64,000 bases of DNA from positions 54,928 to 118,927 of the forward strand of contig JASFQK010000020.1 in NCBI GenBank assembly GCA_050115495.1, in the 5' to 3' direction. This document shows, one piece after another, positions 38,562 through 48,622 of the stretch. The position numbers and the translations under genes were made by a program. The notes beneath the pieces are model-generated. The model saw only the letters and a program-made list of their open reading frames with translations, was not told where the DNA came from and did no database searches. The stretch is from Phycisphaerae bacterium. Lineage in GTDB: Bacteria > Planctomycetota > Phycisphaerae > UBA1845 > Fen-1342. Numbering within the stretch: position 1 is the first letter of the stretch; every line of letters starts with the position of its first letter.

Positions 38562-40106
38562 ATGAGCGAGCCGGCGGGCAATACACCTCTGGTCCGCATG
38601 ACGGGCATCAGCAAGCGCTTCGGGCGCGTGCCGGTGCTGTTTGGCGTCGACTTCGAGATTCGAGCCGGCGAAGTGCATGCCCTCGCCGGCGAGAACGGCG
38701 CCGGCAAGAGCACGCTCATCAAGATCCTCGCCGGGGTGCATACCGACCATGAAGGTACCATCGAGCTTTCCGGCCGGCGGGTGCGGCTCTCGTCACCGCT
38801 CGACGCCGCCGACCGCGGCATCAGCGTGATCCACCAGGAGCTGTCGCTGGTGCCGACGATGAGCGTGGCGGACAACATCTTCCTGGGCCGCTGGCCGACG
38901 CGGGCCGGCCTGGTGCGGGACGGCACACAACACGCCGCCGCCCGCCGACTGTTGCAGCAGTTCGGGATCGACGTAGATGTTCGGCGACTGGCGGGGGATC
39001 TGCCGATCGCCATGCAGCAGCTCATCGAGATCGCCAAGGCCCTCGGTCAGGACGCCCGGGTCATCGTCATGGACGAGCCGACCAGCGCGCTTAACGCGCC
39101 GGAGGTCGAGCGCCTCTTCGGGCTGATCGACGATCTGCGGGCCCGTGGCTGCGGCATCGTCTACATCACGCACAAGATGGAAGAGATCGAGCGCATCGCC
39201 GACCGCATCACCGTGCTCCGCGACGGAGCGCTGATCGGCTCGGCCCCGGCGGCCGAACTGCCGCCGGCGAAGCTCATCCACTGGATGGTCGGGCGGGACA
39301 TCGACGCGCAGTTTCCGCGGCACGCCCCGCGCCTCGGAACCGAGCGGCTGCGCATCGCCGACTTCACCGTACCTGGTAGCGAACGGGCGGCCCGGCCGGC
39401 GGTGGAGGATGTGTCGCTGGCCGTGCACGCGGGCGAGATTCTGGGCATCGCCGGCTTGCAGGGCTCGGGCAACAGCGAATTGCTGCTCGGGCTGTTCGGG
39501 GCACGCGGCCGGCGGGTTCGCGGGCAGGTCTGGCTCGACGGCCGGCCGGTGCGGCTGCGCAACCCGCGACAGGCCATCGAGCGCGGCGTGGCCCTGCTGA
39601 CGAGTGACCGGAAGACGACCGGCCTCGTGCTGTCACTGTCGGTCGTGGCGAATGCGACGCTGGCCGACCTGCGGCGGCTGTCGCTCTGCGGCTGGCGACG
39701 GCCGGGACGCGAACGCCGGGCCACGCGCACGCTGGCCGACGCCCTGCAACTGCGAGCGGCGTCGCTGGACATGGAGGTGAGCGAACTCTCCGGCGGCAAC
39801 CAGCAGAAGGTCGCCCTGGCCAAGTGGCTCCAGACCGAGCCGCGCCTGCTGCTGCTGGACGAGCCCACGCGCGGCGTCGACGTAGGCGCCAAGCGCGAAA
39901 TCTACGAGCTGATGAACGAGTGGACAGCGCGCGGCATAGCCATCATGCTGATTACTTCGGAGATGCCCGAGCTGCTGGCCCTCAGCGACCGGATCGTGGT
40001 CCTGCATCGCGGCCGCGTCACCGCGGAACTCACGCGCGAGCAGGCCACCGCCGACCTGGTCCTGGCGGCGGCGATGGGCAAAGTGCAGGAGGGTGCCGCG
40101 ACGTGA
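38562..40106 (+). CDS. Sugar ABC transporter ATP-binding protein (RbsA/MglA-like)
   Basis: GENGAGKSTL, MDEPTSAL, LSGGNQQKV, LDEPTRGVDVGAK. Confidence 0.95.
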   Translation: MSEPAGNTPLVRMTGISKRFGRVPVLFGVDFEIRAGEVHALAGENGAGKSTLIKILAGVHTDHEGTIELSGRRVRLSSPLDAADRGISVIHQELSLVPTMSVADNIFLGRWPTRAGLVRDGTQHAAARRLLQQFGIDVDVRRLAGDLPIAMQQLIEIAKALGQDARVIVMDEPTSALNAPEVERLFGLIDDLRARGCGIVYITHKMEEIERIADRITVLRDGALIGSAPAAELPPAKLIHWMVGRDIDAQFPRHAPRLGTERLRIADFTVPGSERAARPAVEDVSLAVHAGEILGIAGLQGSGNSELLLGLFGARGRRVRGQVWLDGRPVRLRNPRQAIERGVALLTSDRKTTGLVLSLSVVANATLADLRRLSLCGWRRPGRERRATRTLADALQLRAASLDMEVSELSGGNQQKVALAKWLQTEPRLLLLDEPTRGVDVGAKREIYELMNEWTARGIAIMLITSEMPELLALSDRIVVLHRGRVTAELTREQATADLVLAAAMGKVQEGAAT

Positions 40107-41131
40107 GCCGACCACCGCGACAGATTGAAGGAGACCGCCGCGCCGGTCACCCCGTGCTGCGTGTGCTGGCCAGTCCGGCGGGGCGGGCACTGCTGGCCCT
40201 GCTGCTCGTGGTGGCACTGGGGATCGTGTTCAACGCGGACGGGGCCTTCTTCAAGGTGGGCACGCACCGCGACGCGCTGCGGCAGGCGTCGGTCTTCGGC
40301 ATCCTGGCCTGCGGCATGACGCTGGTGATCATCACCGGCGGCATCGACCTGTCCGTGGGCAGCGTGCTGGCCCTGGTGGCGGTGGCGTTTTCGTTGATGA
40401 GCATTCACTGGGGGTGGAGCCCGTGGCTGGCGGTGCCGTTGAGTCTGCTGCTGGGGGCGGCGGCAGGCGGCGTGTCAGGCACACTGGCAGCCGTGTTCCG
40501 CATCCAACCGTTCATTGCAACGCTGGCGATGATGGTCTTCGCCCGCGGTCTGGCCAAGACGATCAGCGGCGGGATGAAGGTCTCGACCGCCGTGCAGAAC
40601 GCCGACGGCAGCTACGAATACGTCGACGTACCGACGATCTTTGAGGCGATCGACTCGCGCATCCTCGGCGGCAACGTTTCGGTGGTGACGGCCATCTTCG
40701 TCGTCTGCGCCGTCGTCGCCTGGGTCGCCCTGGCCCGGCATCGCTGGGGACGACAACTCTACGCCATCGGCGGGAACGAGGAAGCGGCCCGGTTGTCCGG
40801 CGTGCCCGTGCGATGGGCGAAGATCCTGGCCTACGCGGCGGCGGGGCTGATGTCCGCGGTGGCCGGCATCTGCCAGGCCGCCCAGGAGCAACAGGGCGAC
40901 CCCGAGGCCGGCACGGCCTACGAGCTCAGCGCCATCGCCATCGTTGTCATCGGCGGCACGAACCTGATGGGCGGCCGCGGCGGCATCGGCCTGACGCTCA
41001 TCGGCATGCTGACCATCGGCTATCTGGAGAAGATCCTCAGCATCAACGCGGTCCCCGAGGCGAATCGCCTGATGCTGACCGGAGTGATTATCATTACGGC
41101 TGTTCTGGCCCAGCGGCGCGGGCGTACCTGA
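40103..41131 (+). CDS. Sugar ABC transporter permease (RbsC-like)
   Basis: GGIDLSVGS, PFIATLA, YAIGGNEEAARLSG, YELSAIA; GTGA overlap with the upstream gene. Confidence 0.93.
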   Translation: MSRPPRQIEGDRRAGHPVLRVLASPAGRALLALLLVVALGIVFNADGAFFKVGTHRDALRQASVFGILACGMTLVIITGGIDLSVGSVLALVAVAFSLMSIHWGWSPWLAVPLSLLLGAAAGGVSGTLAAVFRIQPFIATLAMMVFARGLAKTISGGMKVSTAVQNADGSYEYVDVPTIFEAIDSRILGGNVSVVTAIFVVCAVVAWVALARHRWGRQLYAIGGNEEAARLSGVPVRWAKILAYAAAGLMSAVAGICQAAQEQQGDPEAGTAYELSAIAIVVIGGTNLMGGRGGIGLTLIGMLTIGYLEKILSINAVPEANRLMLTGVIIITAVLAQRRGRT

Positions 41132-41163
41132 TTCTGTCGGAACGAATGTTGAGGAGATCGCTG

Positions 41164-42132
41164 ATGTGCAGAGCATGTGGCCTGGTCGTTGCGGTAATGC
41201 TTGGGGTGGGGCTGCTGGTGCCCGCGGCCCAGGCGCAGACGGGGAAGACCTACGTCATCGGTATGAGCCAGTGCAACCTCGGCGAGCCCTGGCGTGTGCA
41301 GATGAATGCCGACGTGCGCGCCGCCGCCGAGAAGCACGAGAACCTGCGCGTCGTCTTCAAGGACGCCCAGAACGACACGCTCAAACAGCGGGCCCACGTC
41401 GAAGAGTTCGTCAGCGCCCGCGTCGACCTGCTCATCATCTCGCCGAAAGAGGCCCAGCCGCTCACCGAACCGGTGGCCAAGGCCGTCAACGCCGGCATCC
41501 CGGTGATCGTCCTCGACCGCCGGGTGATCGGTGACAAGTACACCTGCTTCATCGGGGCGGACAACAAGCTGATCGGCAAGGCCGCCGGCGAGTGGATTGC
41601 GAAGAAGCTCGGCGGCAAGGGCAAGGTGGTGGAGCTCATGGGCCTGATGACCTCGACGCCCGGCCAGGATCGGCACAGCGGCTTCGTCGAGGGCATCAAG
41701 GGCAGCGACGTCGAGGTGATCTTCCAGGCCGACATGAAGTGGCTCGAGCCCGACGCCCGCAAGGAGATGGAGTCGGCCCTGGCCCGCTTCGACGACATCG
41801 ACCTGGTCTACGCCCACAATGATCCCGGGGCCCACGGCGCCTGGCTGGCCGCCAAGGCCGCCGACCGCGAGAAGGACATCCTCTTCGTGGGTATCGACGC
41901 CCTGCCGCACGAGGGCGTCATGTACGTCAAGCGCGGCATCCTCGACGCCACCTTCCAGTATCCCACCGGCGGCGCCGAGGCCATCGAGACCGCGCTGAAG
42001 ATCTTCGCCGGCGAGACCGTGCCGAAGGAAATCACGCTTGGCTCGCGACTGTTCAGCAAGGACAACGTGGACAAGGGTGGCGAGCCCGTGGAGGCCAAGC
42101 CGGAGAAGGAGCCGGAGAAGGCCGGCGGTTGA
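41164..42132 (+). CDS. Sugar ABC transporter substrate-binding protein (PBP type 1)
   Basis: Signal peptide; IPVIVLDR, FIGADN, YAHND, VGIDA. Confidence 0.92.
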   Translation: MCRACGLVVAVMLGVGLLVPAAQAQTGKTYVIGMSQCNLGEPWRVQMNADVRAAAEKHENLRVVFKDAQNDTLKQRAHVEEFVSARVDLLIISPKEAQPLTEPVAKAVNAGIPVIVLDRRVIGDKYTCFIGADNKLIGKAAGEWIAKKLGGKGKVVELMGLMTSTPGQDRHSGFVEGIKGSDVEVIFQADMKWLEPDARKEMESALARFDDIDLVYAHNDPGAHGAWLAAKAADREKDILFVGIDALPHEGVMYVKRGILDATFQYPTGGAEAIETALKIFAGETVPKEITLGSRLFSKDNVDKGGEPVEAKPEKEPEKAGG

Positions 42133-42260
42133 CGCCACCGGCGAACGACAAACAACGACGATTCGGGGCGAGTGGCGCACCTGCCCCGCGGCGGAGATGG
42201 ACTGGACCCGGCGAGGCCCTGGCGGTCGCCGGCGCAACCACGATGCGGAGGATATCTGCA

Positions 42261-44288
42261 ATGAGAACCTCGATCCCTTTGGTGGGTTTGCTGCTGATCG
42301 GCACGCTGCATTTGTCGTCTACGGCAACGGCGGCCGTCACGACGCGTTCATTACTGGCGGAGATGGTGGACCTGGAGGGCCTGGCGGGCTTCCCGCAGCC
42401 GGCCTACACCTGCCGGCAGTTCTCCAGCTACAACCGCAAGTCCAAGTCGCCCGAGGAAGACTGGTTCGCCAATGGTGACTGCGGGAACTACCTGAGCGTC
42501 GAGGAGCGCGATGGCCAGAAGGAATACGTGCTCATGGACGCCGACGGCCCCGGAGCCATCGTCCGCATCTGGTCGGCCAACCCCAAGGGAACGCTGCGGA
42601 TCTACCTCGACGGCGGTGAGGCCCCCGCCCTCGAGGCGAGGATGTCCGACCTGCTCGGCAGCAACGTAGAGGGCATTCCCAAGCCGCTGGCCGGCGAGCG
42701 CAGCCACGGCTGGAACTGCCACTTCCCCTTCGCCTACGCCAAGCACTGCAAGGTGACCAGCGACGAGGGCGGCTTCTACTACCACGTGAACTACCGCACG
42801 TACGCCCCCGGCACCGAGGTGACCACCTTCGCGATGGATGATCTGAAGACGCTGGCCGGCGACGTCGAACGCGTGGCCAAGCGGCTGGCCGAGCCGCGCG
42901 GCACGGCGGGCGAACCGGCCTGGACGGACGAGGTCGCCGGCGACACGCCCCCGGAAGGCACGCCGCCCGCCGTGGTGGTGCAGCCCGGCATGTCCACACC
43001 CTGGCGAACCCGCAGCCCGCGCCCCTCCGCGATCACCGGCCTGCGGGTCAAGGTCTACACCGACGATCCGGAAGACGTACTGCGTGGGCTGCTGCTCACC
43101 GCGTCGTTCGACGGCGAGCAGACGATCGAGTGCCCGCTCGGCGACTTCTTCGGCGCCGGCCCCGGCCTGAATCCTTACGCGTCGCTGCCGCTGGGCATCA
43201 CCGAGGACGGCGAGTTGTGGTGCCACTGGGTCATGCCCTACCAGCAGTCGGCCGAGTTCGAGATCCACAACATGACCGACGAGCCGGTCCGGCTCCGGCT
43301 GGGCGTGGGCACGACGGACTACGAATGGCCCGAAGGCTTCATGCACTTCCACGCTCAGTGGCGCCAGCAGCGCGACCTGCCCAGCCGGCCGATGCAGGAC
43401 TGGAACTATGTGCATGTGAAGGGACAGGGCGTGTTCGTCGGCGCCGCCTTCAGCATCGCCAACCCGACCAAGAACTGGTGGGGTGAAGGTGACGAGAAGA
43501 TCTACGTCGACGGCGAGACGTTCCCCAGCCACTTCGGCACCGGCACCGAGGATTACTACGGCTACGCCTGGTGCTGCAATCTGCCCTTCGTCCACGCGTA
43601 CCACAGCCAGCCGCGCTGTGACGGGCCGGGCAACTACGGCCGCTCCGCCGTCAACCGCTGGCATATCCTCGACAACATCCCCTTCCGCAGCGAGCTGCGC
43701 TTCGACATGGAGCTGTGGCACGGGGCGAAGGACGTGCGCGTGGCGGAGATGTCCGTGGTGACCTACTGGTACGCCGTCCCGGGCGCGTGGAGCAACCGCG
43801 AGCCGGTGCAAGCGGAGGACCTGACCGTCACGAAGCTGCCGCCCTACGTGCCGCCGCGCGTCGCCGGCGCCCTCGAGGGCGAGGAGCTGCGCATCGTCGA
43901 GAAGACCGGTACCCCCGCCCCGCAGGGCATCGACCGGTGCAGCAACGAGCAGCACCTCTGGTGGCGCGAGGCACAGCCCGGCGACCGCCTCGTGGTGGCC
44001 TTCCCGGTCGAGACCGCCGGCCGCTACCGCGTGCTGATTCGCTGCGTGAAGGCCAACGACTACGGCATCGTGCAGTTCGCGATCAACGGGCAGCCGGCCG
44101 GTGAACCGCTCGATTTCTACGCCGACCGCATCGTCGTCACCGACGAGCTACCGCTGGGCGAGTTCGATCTGACCGCCGGCGAGAATCAGCTCGGCGCCGA
44201 GATCGTCGGGGCCAACGACGAAGCGAAGAAATCCTACATGTTCGGCCTCGACTACATCCGGCTCGAGCCGGCGGCCGAGCAGAAGTAG
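42261..44288 (+). CDS. Secreted DUF2961/GH172-family protein
   Basis: Signal peptide; QFSSYNR, GPGAIVRIWS, PLGDFF, WWGEGDEKIYVDGE, GTGTEDYY; C-terminal beta-sandwich (GLDYIRL). Confidence 0.88.
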   Translation: MRTSIPLVGLLLIGTLHLSSTATAAVTTRSLLAEMVDLEGLAGFPQPAYTCRQFSSYNRKSKSPEEDWFANGDCGNYLSVEERDGQKEYVLMDADGPGAIVRIWSANPKGTLRIYLDGGEAPALEARMSDLLGSNVEGIPKPLAGERSHGWNCHFPFAYAKHCKVTSDEGGFYYHVNYRTYAPGTEVTTFAMDDLKTLAGDVERVAKRLAEPRGTAGEPAWTDEVAGDTPPEGTPPAVVVQPGMSTPWRTRSPRPSAITGLRVKVYTDDPEDVLRGLLLTASFDGEQTIECPLGDFFGAGPGLNPYASLPLGITEDGELWCHWVMPYQQSAEFEIHNMTDEPVRLRLGVGTTDYEWPEGFMHFHAQWRQQRDLPSRPMQDWNYVHVKGQGVFVGAAFSIANPTKNWWGEGDEKIYVDGETFPSHFGTGTEDYYGYAWCCNLPFVHAYHSQPRCDGPGNYGRSAVNRWHILDNIPFRSELRFDMELWHGAKDVRVAEMSVVTYWYAVPGAWSNREPVQAEDLTVTKLPPYVPPRVAGALEGEELRIVEKTGTPAPQGIDRCSNEQHLWWREAQPGDRLVVAFPVETAGRYRVLIRCVKANDYGIVQFAINGQPAGEPLDFYADRIVVTDELPLGEFDLTAGENQLGAEIVGANDEAKKSYMFGLDYIRLEPAAEQK

Positions 44289-44316
44289 CTGCAGGGGCAG
44301 GCACGAGGACGGCCAC

Positions 44317-45276
44317 ATGTCAGAGGACCAGGTCGGCCAGAGCTACGCGCTGCTGGCGGCCCTCACCTGGGCCTGTGCGCTGGTGCTGTTCAAGCAGTGC
44401 GGCGAGCGCATCCCACCGATCGCCCTGAACCTGTTCAAAAACGCCGTCGCCCTGGTGCTGTTCGCCTTCACGCTGGCGTTTCTGCTCGCGGTCGACGCGA
44501 GCCACGGCCTGGCGGCGCTGGCCGACTTCACGCTCGGTGACTGGTGCCTGCTGATGCTCAGCGGGATCATCGGCATCGCCTTGGCCGACACTGTCTTCTT
44601 CTACGCACTCAACCTCGTCGGCGTCGGGCTGGTTTCGATCATGGACTGCGCCTACAGCCCGATGGTCATTCTGCTCTCGTGGCTGATGCTGTCGGAGAAG
44701 CTCACGCCGTTCCATTACGTGGGCACGTTGCTCGTGCTCACCGGCGTGTTCACTGCCTCACGGCACGATCCGCCGCGCAACCGGACCCGCGGCCAGGTCT
44801 TCCTGGGCATGTTCCTGGCGGCGCTGGCCGTGTCGATGATGGCGTTCGGCATCGTCCTGGCGAAGCCGGTCCTCAACGAGTTCCCCGTCTTCTGGGCGGC
44901 GGCCGCCCGCATGGCCGCCGGCTCACTGCTGCTGATGCTGTTCGCACTGCTCGGCAGGTCGTGGAAGCGCAACTACGCCGCCTTCCGCCCCTCGACGACG
45001 TGGAAGTACGCCGTGCCGGCGTCGGTGCTGGGCACGTTTCTGGCGATGGTCTTCTGGGTCGCCGGCTTCAAGTACACCGAAGCCTCGGTCGCCGCGGTGC
45101 TCAACCAAACGTCGGTCGTCTTCGCCGTCGTGCTGGCCAGCGTGTTTCTCAAGGAGCCCTTCGGGTTGCGCAAGGGGGTGGCCGTCGTGCTGGCCATGAC
45201 GGGCGTGGTGCTGGTGACCTTCAGCAACTGGCTGATGACGCAGTACGGCGACGTGCTACGGCCCTGGACGTTCTAG
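44317..45276 (+). CDS. DMT/EamA family transporter
   Basis: About 10 TMs in two repeats; LSEKL and FLKEPF motifs. Confidence 0.88.
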   Translation: MSEDQVGQSYALLAALTWACALVLFKQCGERIPPIALNLFKNAVALVLFAFTLAFLLAVDASHGLAALADFTLGDWCLLMLSGIIGIALADTVFFYALNLVGVGLVSIMDCAYSPMVILLSWLMLSEKLTPFHYVGTLLVLTGVFTASRHDPPRNRTRGQVFLGMFLAALAVSMMAFGIVLAKPVLNEFPVFWAAAARMAAGSLLLMLFALLGRSWKRNYAAFRPSTTWKYAVPASVLGTFLAMVFWVAGFKYTEASVAAVLNQTSVVFAVVLASVFLKEPFGLRKGVAVVLAMTGVVLVTFSNWLMTQYGDVLRPWTF

Positions 45277-46199
45277 CCGCCGACCGCGTCCGCCGTCTCT
45301 CGCCGCCACGTGCCGGGGACGGCGATCGCGTTGGTCGTCGTCAGCCCGCCGGCAGGCAGTATGAGGGCGTCATCCACGTAGAAGTTCTGGTTGCTCGAAC
45401 TGGTCTGGATCCCCCAGACGGCGTTATCGGCGGACCCGCTCCAGGTGGGCGTGAACGACCCGGTGAGCTGCGTCCAGTTCGTACCGACGGTTCCACTGCC
45501 GGCCGACATGCTCTCCCAGCCATGGTCCGCGTCCACCCACAGTACGATCTCCACGCCCTCCGAGGAGCTCGCCATGCGCAGCCATACCTCGAACGTGTAG
45601 GTGTCTCCCTCGGTCAGCTCATCGATGATGTCCTGATAGGGTCCGTCCCACGAGCTGTGCCGGTCCCTGACACGCATGGCCGCGTCACCGGCGTGCGGGT
45701 TGCAGGTATCCGTCACCAGGTTGCAGCCGCTGGATGACCAGGACGACGTGCCGTTCTCGAAATCGCCGTTGGTCAGGAGGTTCATCGCGACCGCCTCGTC
45801 GCAGGCCTGCACCAGGACGCTGTAGATCCGCAGGGCCTGACCACAAGTGCCCCGGCCGTACAGGCGGACGACGTCCGGCGGTGTGCCCTGGCCGAAGTAG
45901 CCTTGGTCGGTCTCGAAGCGCCAACTGAGCGTTCCCTGGCCGACATGTATCTCGGCCGACCATTGGCCGCGATTGATCACGGTGTACCAGTTCGGGGCGC
46001 TGCTCAGCTTCATGAGGGCCACGTCGATGGCCGACTCGGCGTAGAAGCGCGCCGCCGACGCGTCCAGCGTATGACCCGACGACTGCACCTGTATGCGCGT
46101 GGCCAGCAGGCCGGCCACGCCCAGCACGGTGACGATCATCGCCGTCATCAGGACGGCCAGGTACAGGGCCGCGCGTCGCCGATAGAGCGCCGCAGACAT
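45273..46199 (-). CDS. PilX/GspK-like minor pilin with C-terminal CBM_4_9-like domain
   Basis: Pilin-like hydrophobic N-terminus without E5; ARFYAESAI; C-terminal NLLTNGDFENG...W...YTFEVW...WTQLTG...FYVDD. Confidence 0.75.
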   Translation of the reverse strand: MSAALYRRRAALYLAVLMTAMIVTVLGVAGLLATRIQVQSSGHTLDASAARFYAESAIDVALMKLSSAPNWYTVINRGQWSAEIHVGQGTLSWRFETDQGYFGQGTPPDVVRLYGRGTCGQALRIYSVLVQACDEAVAMNLLTNGDFENGTSSWSSSGCNLVTDTCNPHAGDAAMRVRDRHSSWDGPYQDIIDELTEGDTYTFEVWLRMASSSEGVEIVLWVDADHGWESMSAGSGTVGTNWTQLTGSFTPTWSGSADNAVWGIQTSSSNQNFYVDDALILPAGGLTTTNAIAVPGTWRRETADAVGG

Positions 46200-46813
46200 C
46201 ACTTGCCTCCCCCGGAGGTAATCGCTTCCTTGGCGGTTACCTCCAGCGGCAGGCCGCCGATCCGCTGGCTCAGGTCGGCGCCGCGTGTGCGCAGCGCCGT
46301 GAGCTCGAGTACGTTCCACGCGTCGTACGTGACAGTGACGATGATCAGCTTGACGCCCTCGTCGGATCCGCGAACGGTGGTCAGGTCGTCAGAGTCCACC
46401 CAGTCCACTTGCACGCTGCGCCCCCAGCGGTTGAAACCGGCCAGCGGTGTGCCGTCCTTGGCCTCGGGCGGCGAAGCGGACCACCCGTCGTAGTCGTCCA
46501 CGTCCTCCCACAGAGCCCGGCTACCGTCGCCGACCTCGTCCGAGCCCAGGCCGAAGCTGCCCGGGCCGTAGTCGGCGTCCTCGTAGTCCTGCTGCATGAT
46601 CTCAGAGAGCAGATCCTGGGCCAGCAGCAAGGCCTGGTTGCCCGTGCTCAGCTTCCGCTGCGTGGCCACCGACGCGCCCAGGGCGCTGAGCGCGGCCACC
46701 AGCATCGTGCTGACGATCAGCGTGGCGACGATCGCCTCGACCATCGTCAGGGCCCGGCTCGACCGCCGTCGGCCAGCCGAACGAAGGCCTGTGTCCGTCA
46801 TCCGACACCTCAT
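46199..46813 (-). CDS. Prepilin-type (PilV/GspI-like) minor pilin
   Basis: RRSSRA|LTMVEAIVATLIV class III signal with E5; start uncertain. Confidence 0.8.
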   Translation of the reverse strand: MRCRMTDTGLRSAGRRRSSRALTMVEAIVATLIVSTMLVAALSALGASVATQRKLSTGNQALLLAQDLLSEIMQQDYEDADYGPGSFGLGSDEVGDGSRALWEDVDDYDGWSASPPEAKDGTPLAGFNRWGRSVQVDWVDSDDLTTVRGSDEGVKLIIVTVTYDAWNVLELTALRTRGADLSQRIGGLPLEVTAKEAITSGGGK

Positions 46814-48459
46814 TCGGCCACCCGCACGGAGACGTAGTCGAACCGGCAGCTACTGCTCGAGCCCTTCAGCGTGACGTAGCGCTTGTCGTAGCCGGGCGAC
46901 GCCAGGTCGTAGGCGTACGTGCCTTGATCGTTGCCGTTGATCTCGACGTGCACCGCGTTCAGCACGGGGTCGACGATCATGCGCAGGGTGACCAGATCGT
47001 CCGGCAGGCCCGTTCGGCTGAACAGCACGACGTTGGCCAGATCGGAGCGCACGCACTTCACGGTCAGCGTCTGCGTGTCGTCGTTCTCCAGCCGGATGTT
47101 GGCCGTGATCGGGGCGCACTGGCTGCCGGACCAGTCGGCGTTGATAGCCACGGTGGCCCCATCCTGGCTTGTGGCAGTGCAGCGGAAGCGTACCTCGATC
47201 GTGGTCAACCGGTTGAAGTTGCAGGTCGGATTCGAGAGCAACTCGCTGCTCACGCGCCAGAGGCCATCGCCCAACGTCGCCTCGTCGAACGACGCGCCGC
47301 CGGAGACGAGCCAGTCGCCGGCGCCGTCGCCGTTGAGGTCCACGGTAGGGTCGGTGCTGAAGTCGCACTCCCACATAGCGGAGAGCACTTCCGGCAGGTT
47401 GAGCGTCCGGGTGGCGGTCGTGACGCGCGTCTCAGTGCCGTCGCCGGCCCGCAGCGTGATGCGTACGCCGTTGACGTAGTATCGCTTGATCGTCTGCGTC
47501 GGCCCCGGAGTCGAGGCCTTGCCGTAGATGTAGTACCAGAGGGATCCCGCCGGGTAGACGGTCCACGTACCTAAGCGGTAGCGGATGCGGCCGTCGCCGT
47601 ACGTGTAGTCGTAGAAGATGTTTCCCGCCGTGTTACCCGAGCCGGAATGCTGAAGCACGAGCGCGTAGGTCTGCCCGGGGCTCAGTCCGCCGGCGTTGCT
47701 GAAGGGAATCTGCACCCAGTCGTAGTAGCTTTTCCAGTCGGATTCGGACAGGGTCACCTGGGCGAGCACCGTATCGGTTGGCTTGCCGTCGGCGTCGGTC
47801 GGCCGAATCTGGGCGTACACCTGCTCGTAGGTCGAGCCGTCTCGACGCGCCGCGACATAGGCCCGCGTCACACGCCAGCACACCGTGTCGCCGGGCAGGC
47901 TCGGCGACAGGAGCTCGCCGGGCCAGGAGGTTTTCTCGATGTCGTAGTCTCTGAGGCTGCCATAGCCCTCGTAGTTGCACAACTGCGACTCGGACCCTTC
48001 CACCGGCGGCCCGGGATAGTCCTCGTAGGCGATGGTGGTGTCGTAGGCCAGCGCGAACTCGTGCACGTTGGCCAGCGCCGTCACCGGGTCCTGCGCGTTG
48101 TACTGCCGCGTGAGCGAGCCGCCGGCGGAGCCCGACCACGCGTAGCGGATCCGCTCCGGAACACCGTCCCCGTCGCGGTCGGCCACGGTGAACGTCACCG
48201 CCGTCGCCGTGTGTTCCAGGAGCCAGAGCGCCTCCTCCATCTCCTCGGCCATCTGGTCGGCGATCCACGCGCCGTCGAGAAGCTGGTCCAGGGAACGTTC
48301 GCGACTGGGCAGAGCATGCGCCGCCACGACGATGGCGGACGTCAGGCCGGCCAGCAGCACAACCATGATGGCCAGGCTGACGACGAGCTCCACCAGGGTC
48401 ACGCCGGGGCGGCCCCGGCGCACCGTCTGTGATCTGTCTTTGCCAGCACTTCGCCGCAT
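46810..48459 (-). CDS. Large prepilin-type (PilW/GspJ-like) protein with beta-rich C-terminal domains
   Basis: RRGRPG|VTLVELVVSLAIM class III signal; DRDGDG and DLNGDG Ca-binding-like loops. Confidence 0.82.
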   Translation of the reverse strand: MRRSAGKDRSQTVRRGRPGVTLVELVVSLAIMVVLLAGLTSAIVVAAHALPSRERSLDQLLDGAWIADQMAEEMEEALWLLEHTATAVTFTVADRDGDGVPERIRYAWSGSAGGSLTRQYNAQDPVTALANVHEFALAYDTTIAYEDYPGPPVEGSESQLCNYEGYGSLRDYDIEKTSWPGELLSPSLPGDTVCWRVTRAYVAARRDGSTYEQVYAQIRPTDADGKPTDTVLAQVTLSESDWKSYYDWVQIPFSNAGGLSPGQTYALVLQHSGSGNTAGNIFYDYTYGDGRIRYRLGTWTVYPAGSLWYYIYGKASTPGPTQTIKRYYVNGVRITLRAGDGTETRVTTATRTLNLPEVLSAMWECDFSTDPTVDLNGDGAGDWLVSGGASFDEATLGDGLWRVSSELLSNPTCNFNRLTTIEVRFRCTATSQDGATVAINADWSGSQCAPITANIRLENDDTQTLTVKCVRSDLANVVLFSRTGLPDDLVTLRMIVDPVLNAVHVEINGNDQGTYAYDLASPGYDKRYVTLKGSSSSCRFDYVSVRVAE

Positions 48460-48622
48460 CGTGGACCCTGCCGATCAACGGGCGCGGACAGCCCCTCGGC
48501 CGCCCGCTACCGCCTCTTGTCGACAGATCGGCCCGCCAGGCCCCGCCGTGCAGTACAAGTATGGAGCGCCCCCGGCCCGACCCGATAATCGCTGCCCCCC
48601 CTGCTCGTTCCCGCGACCGCGT

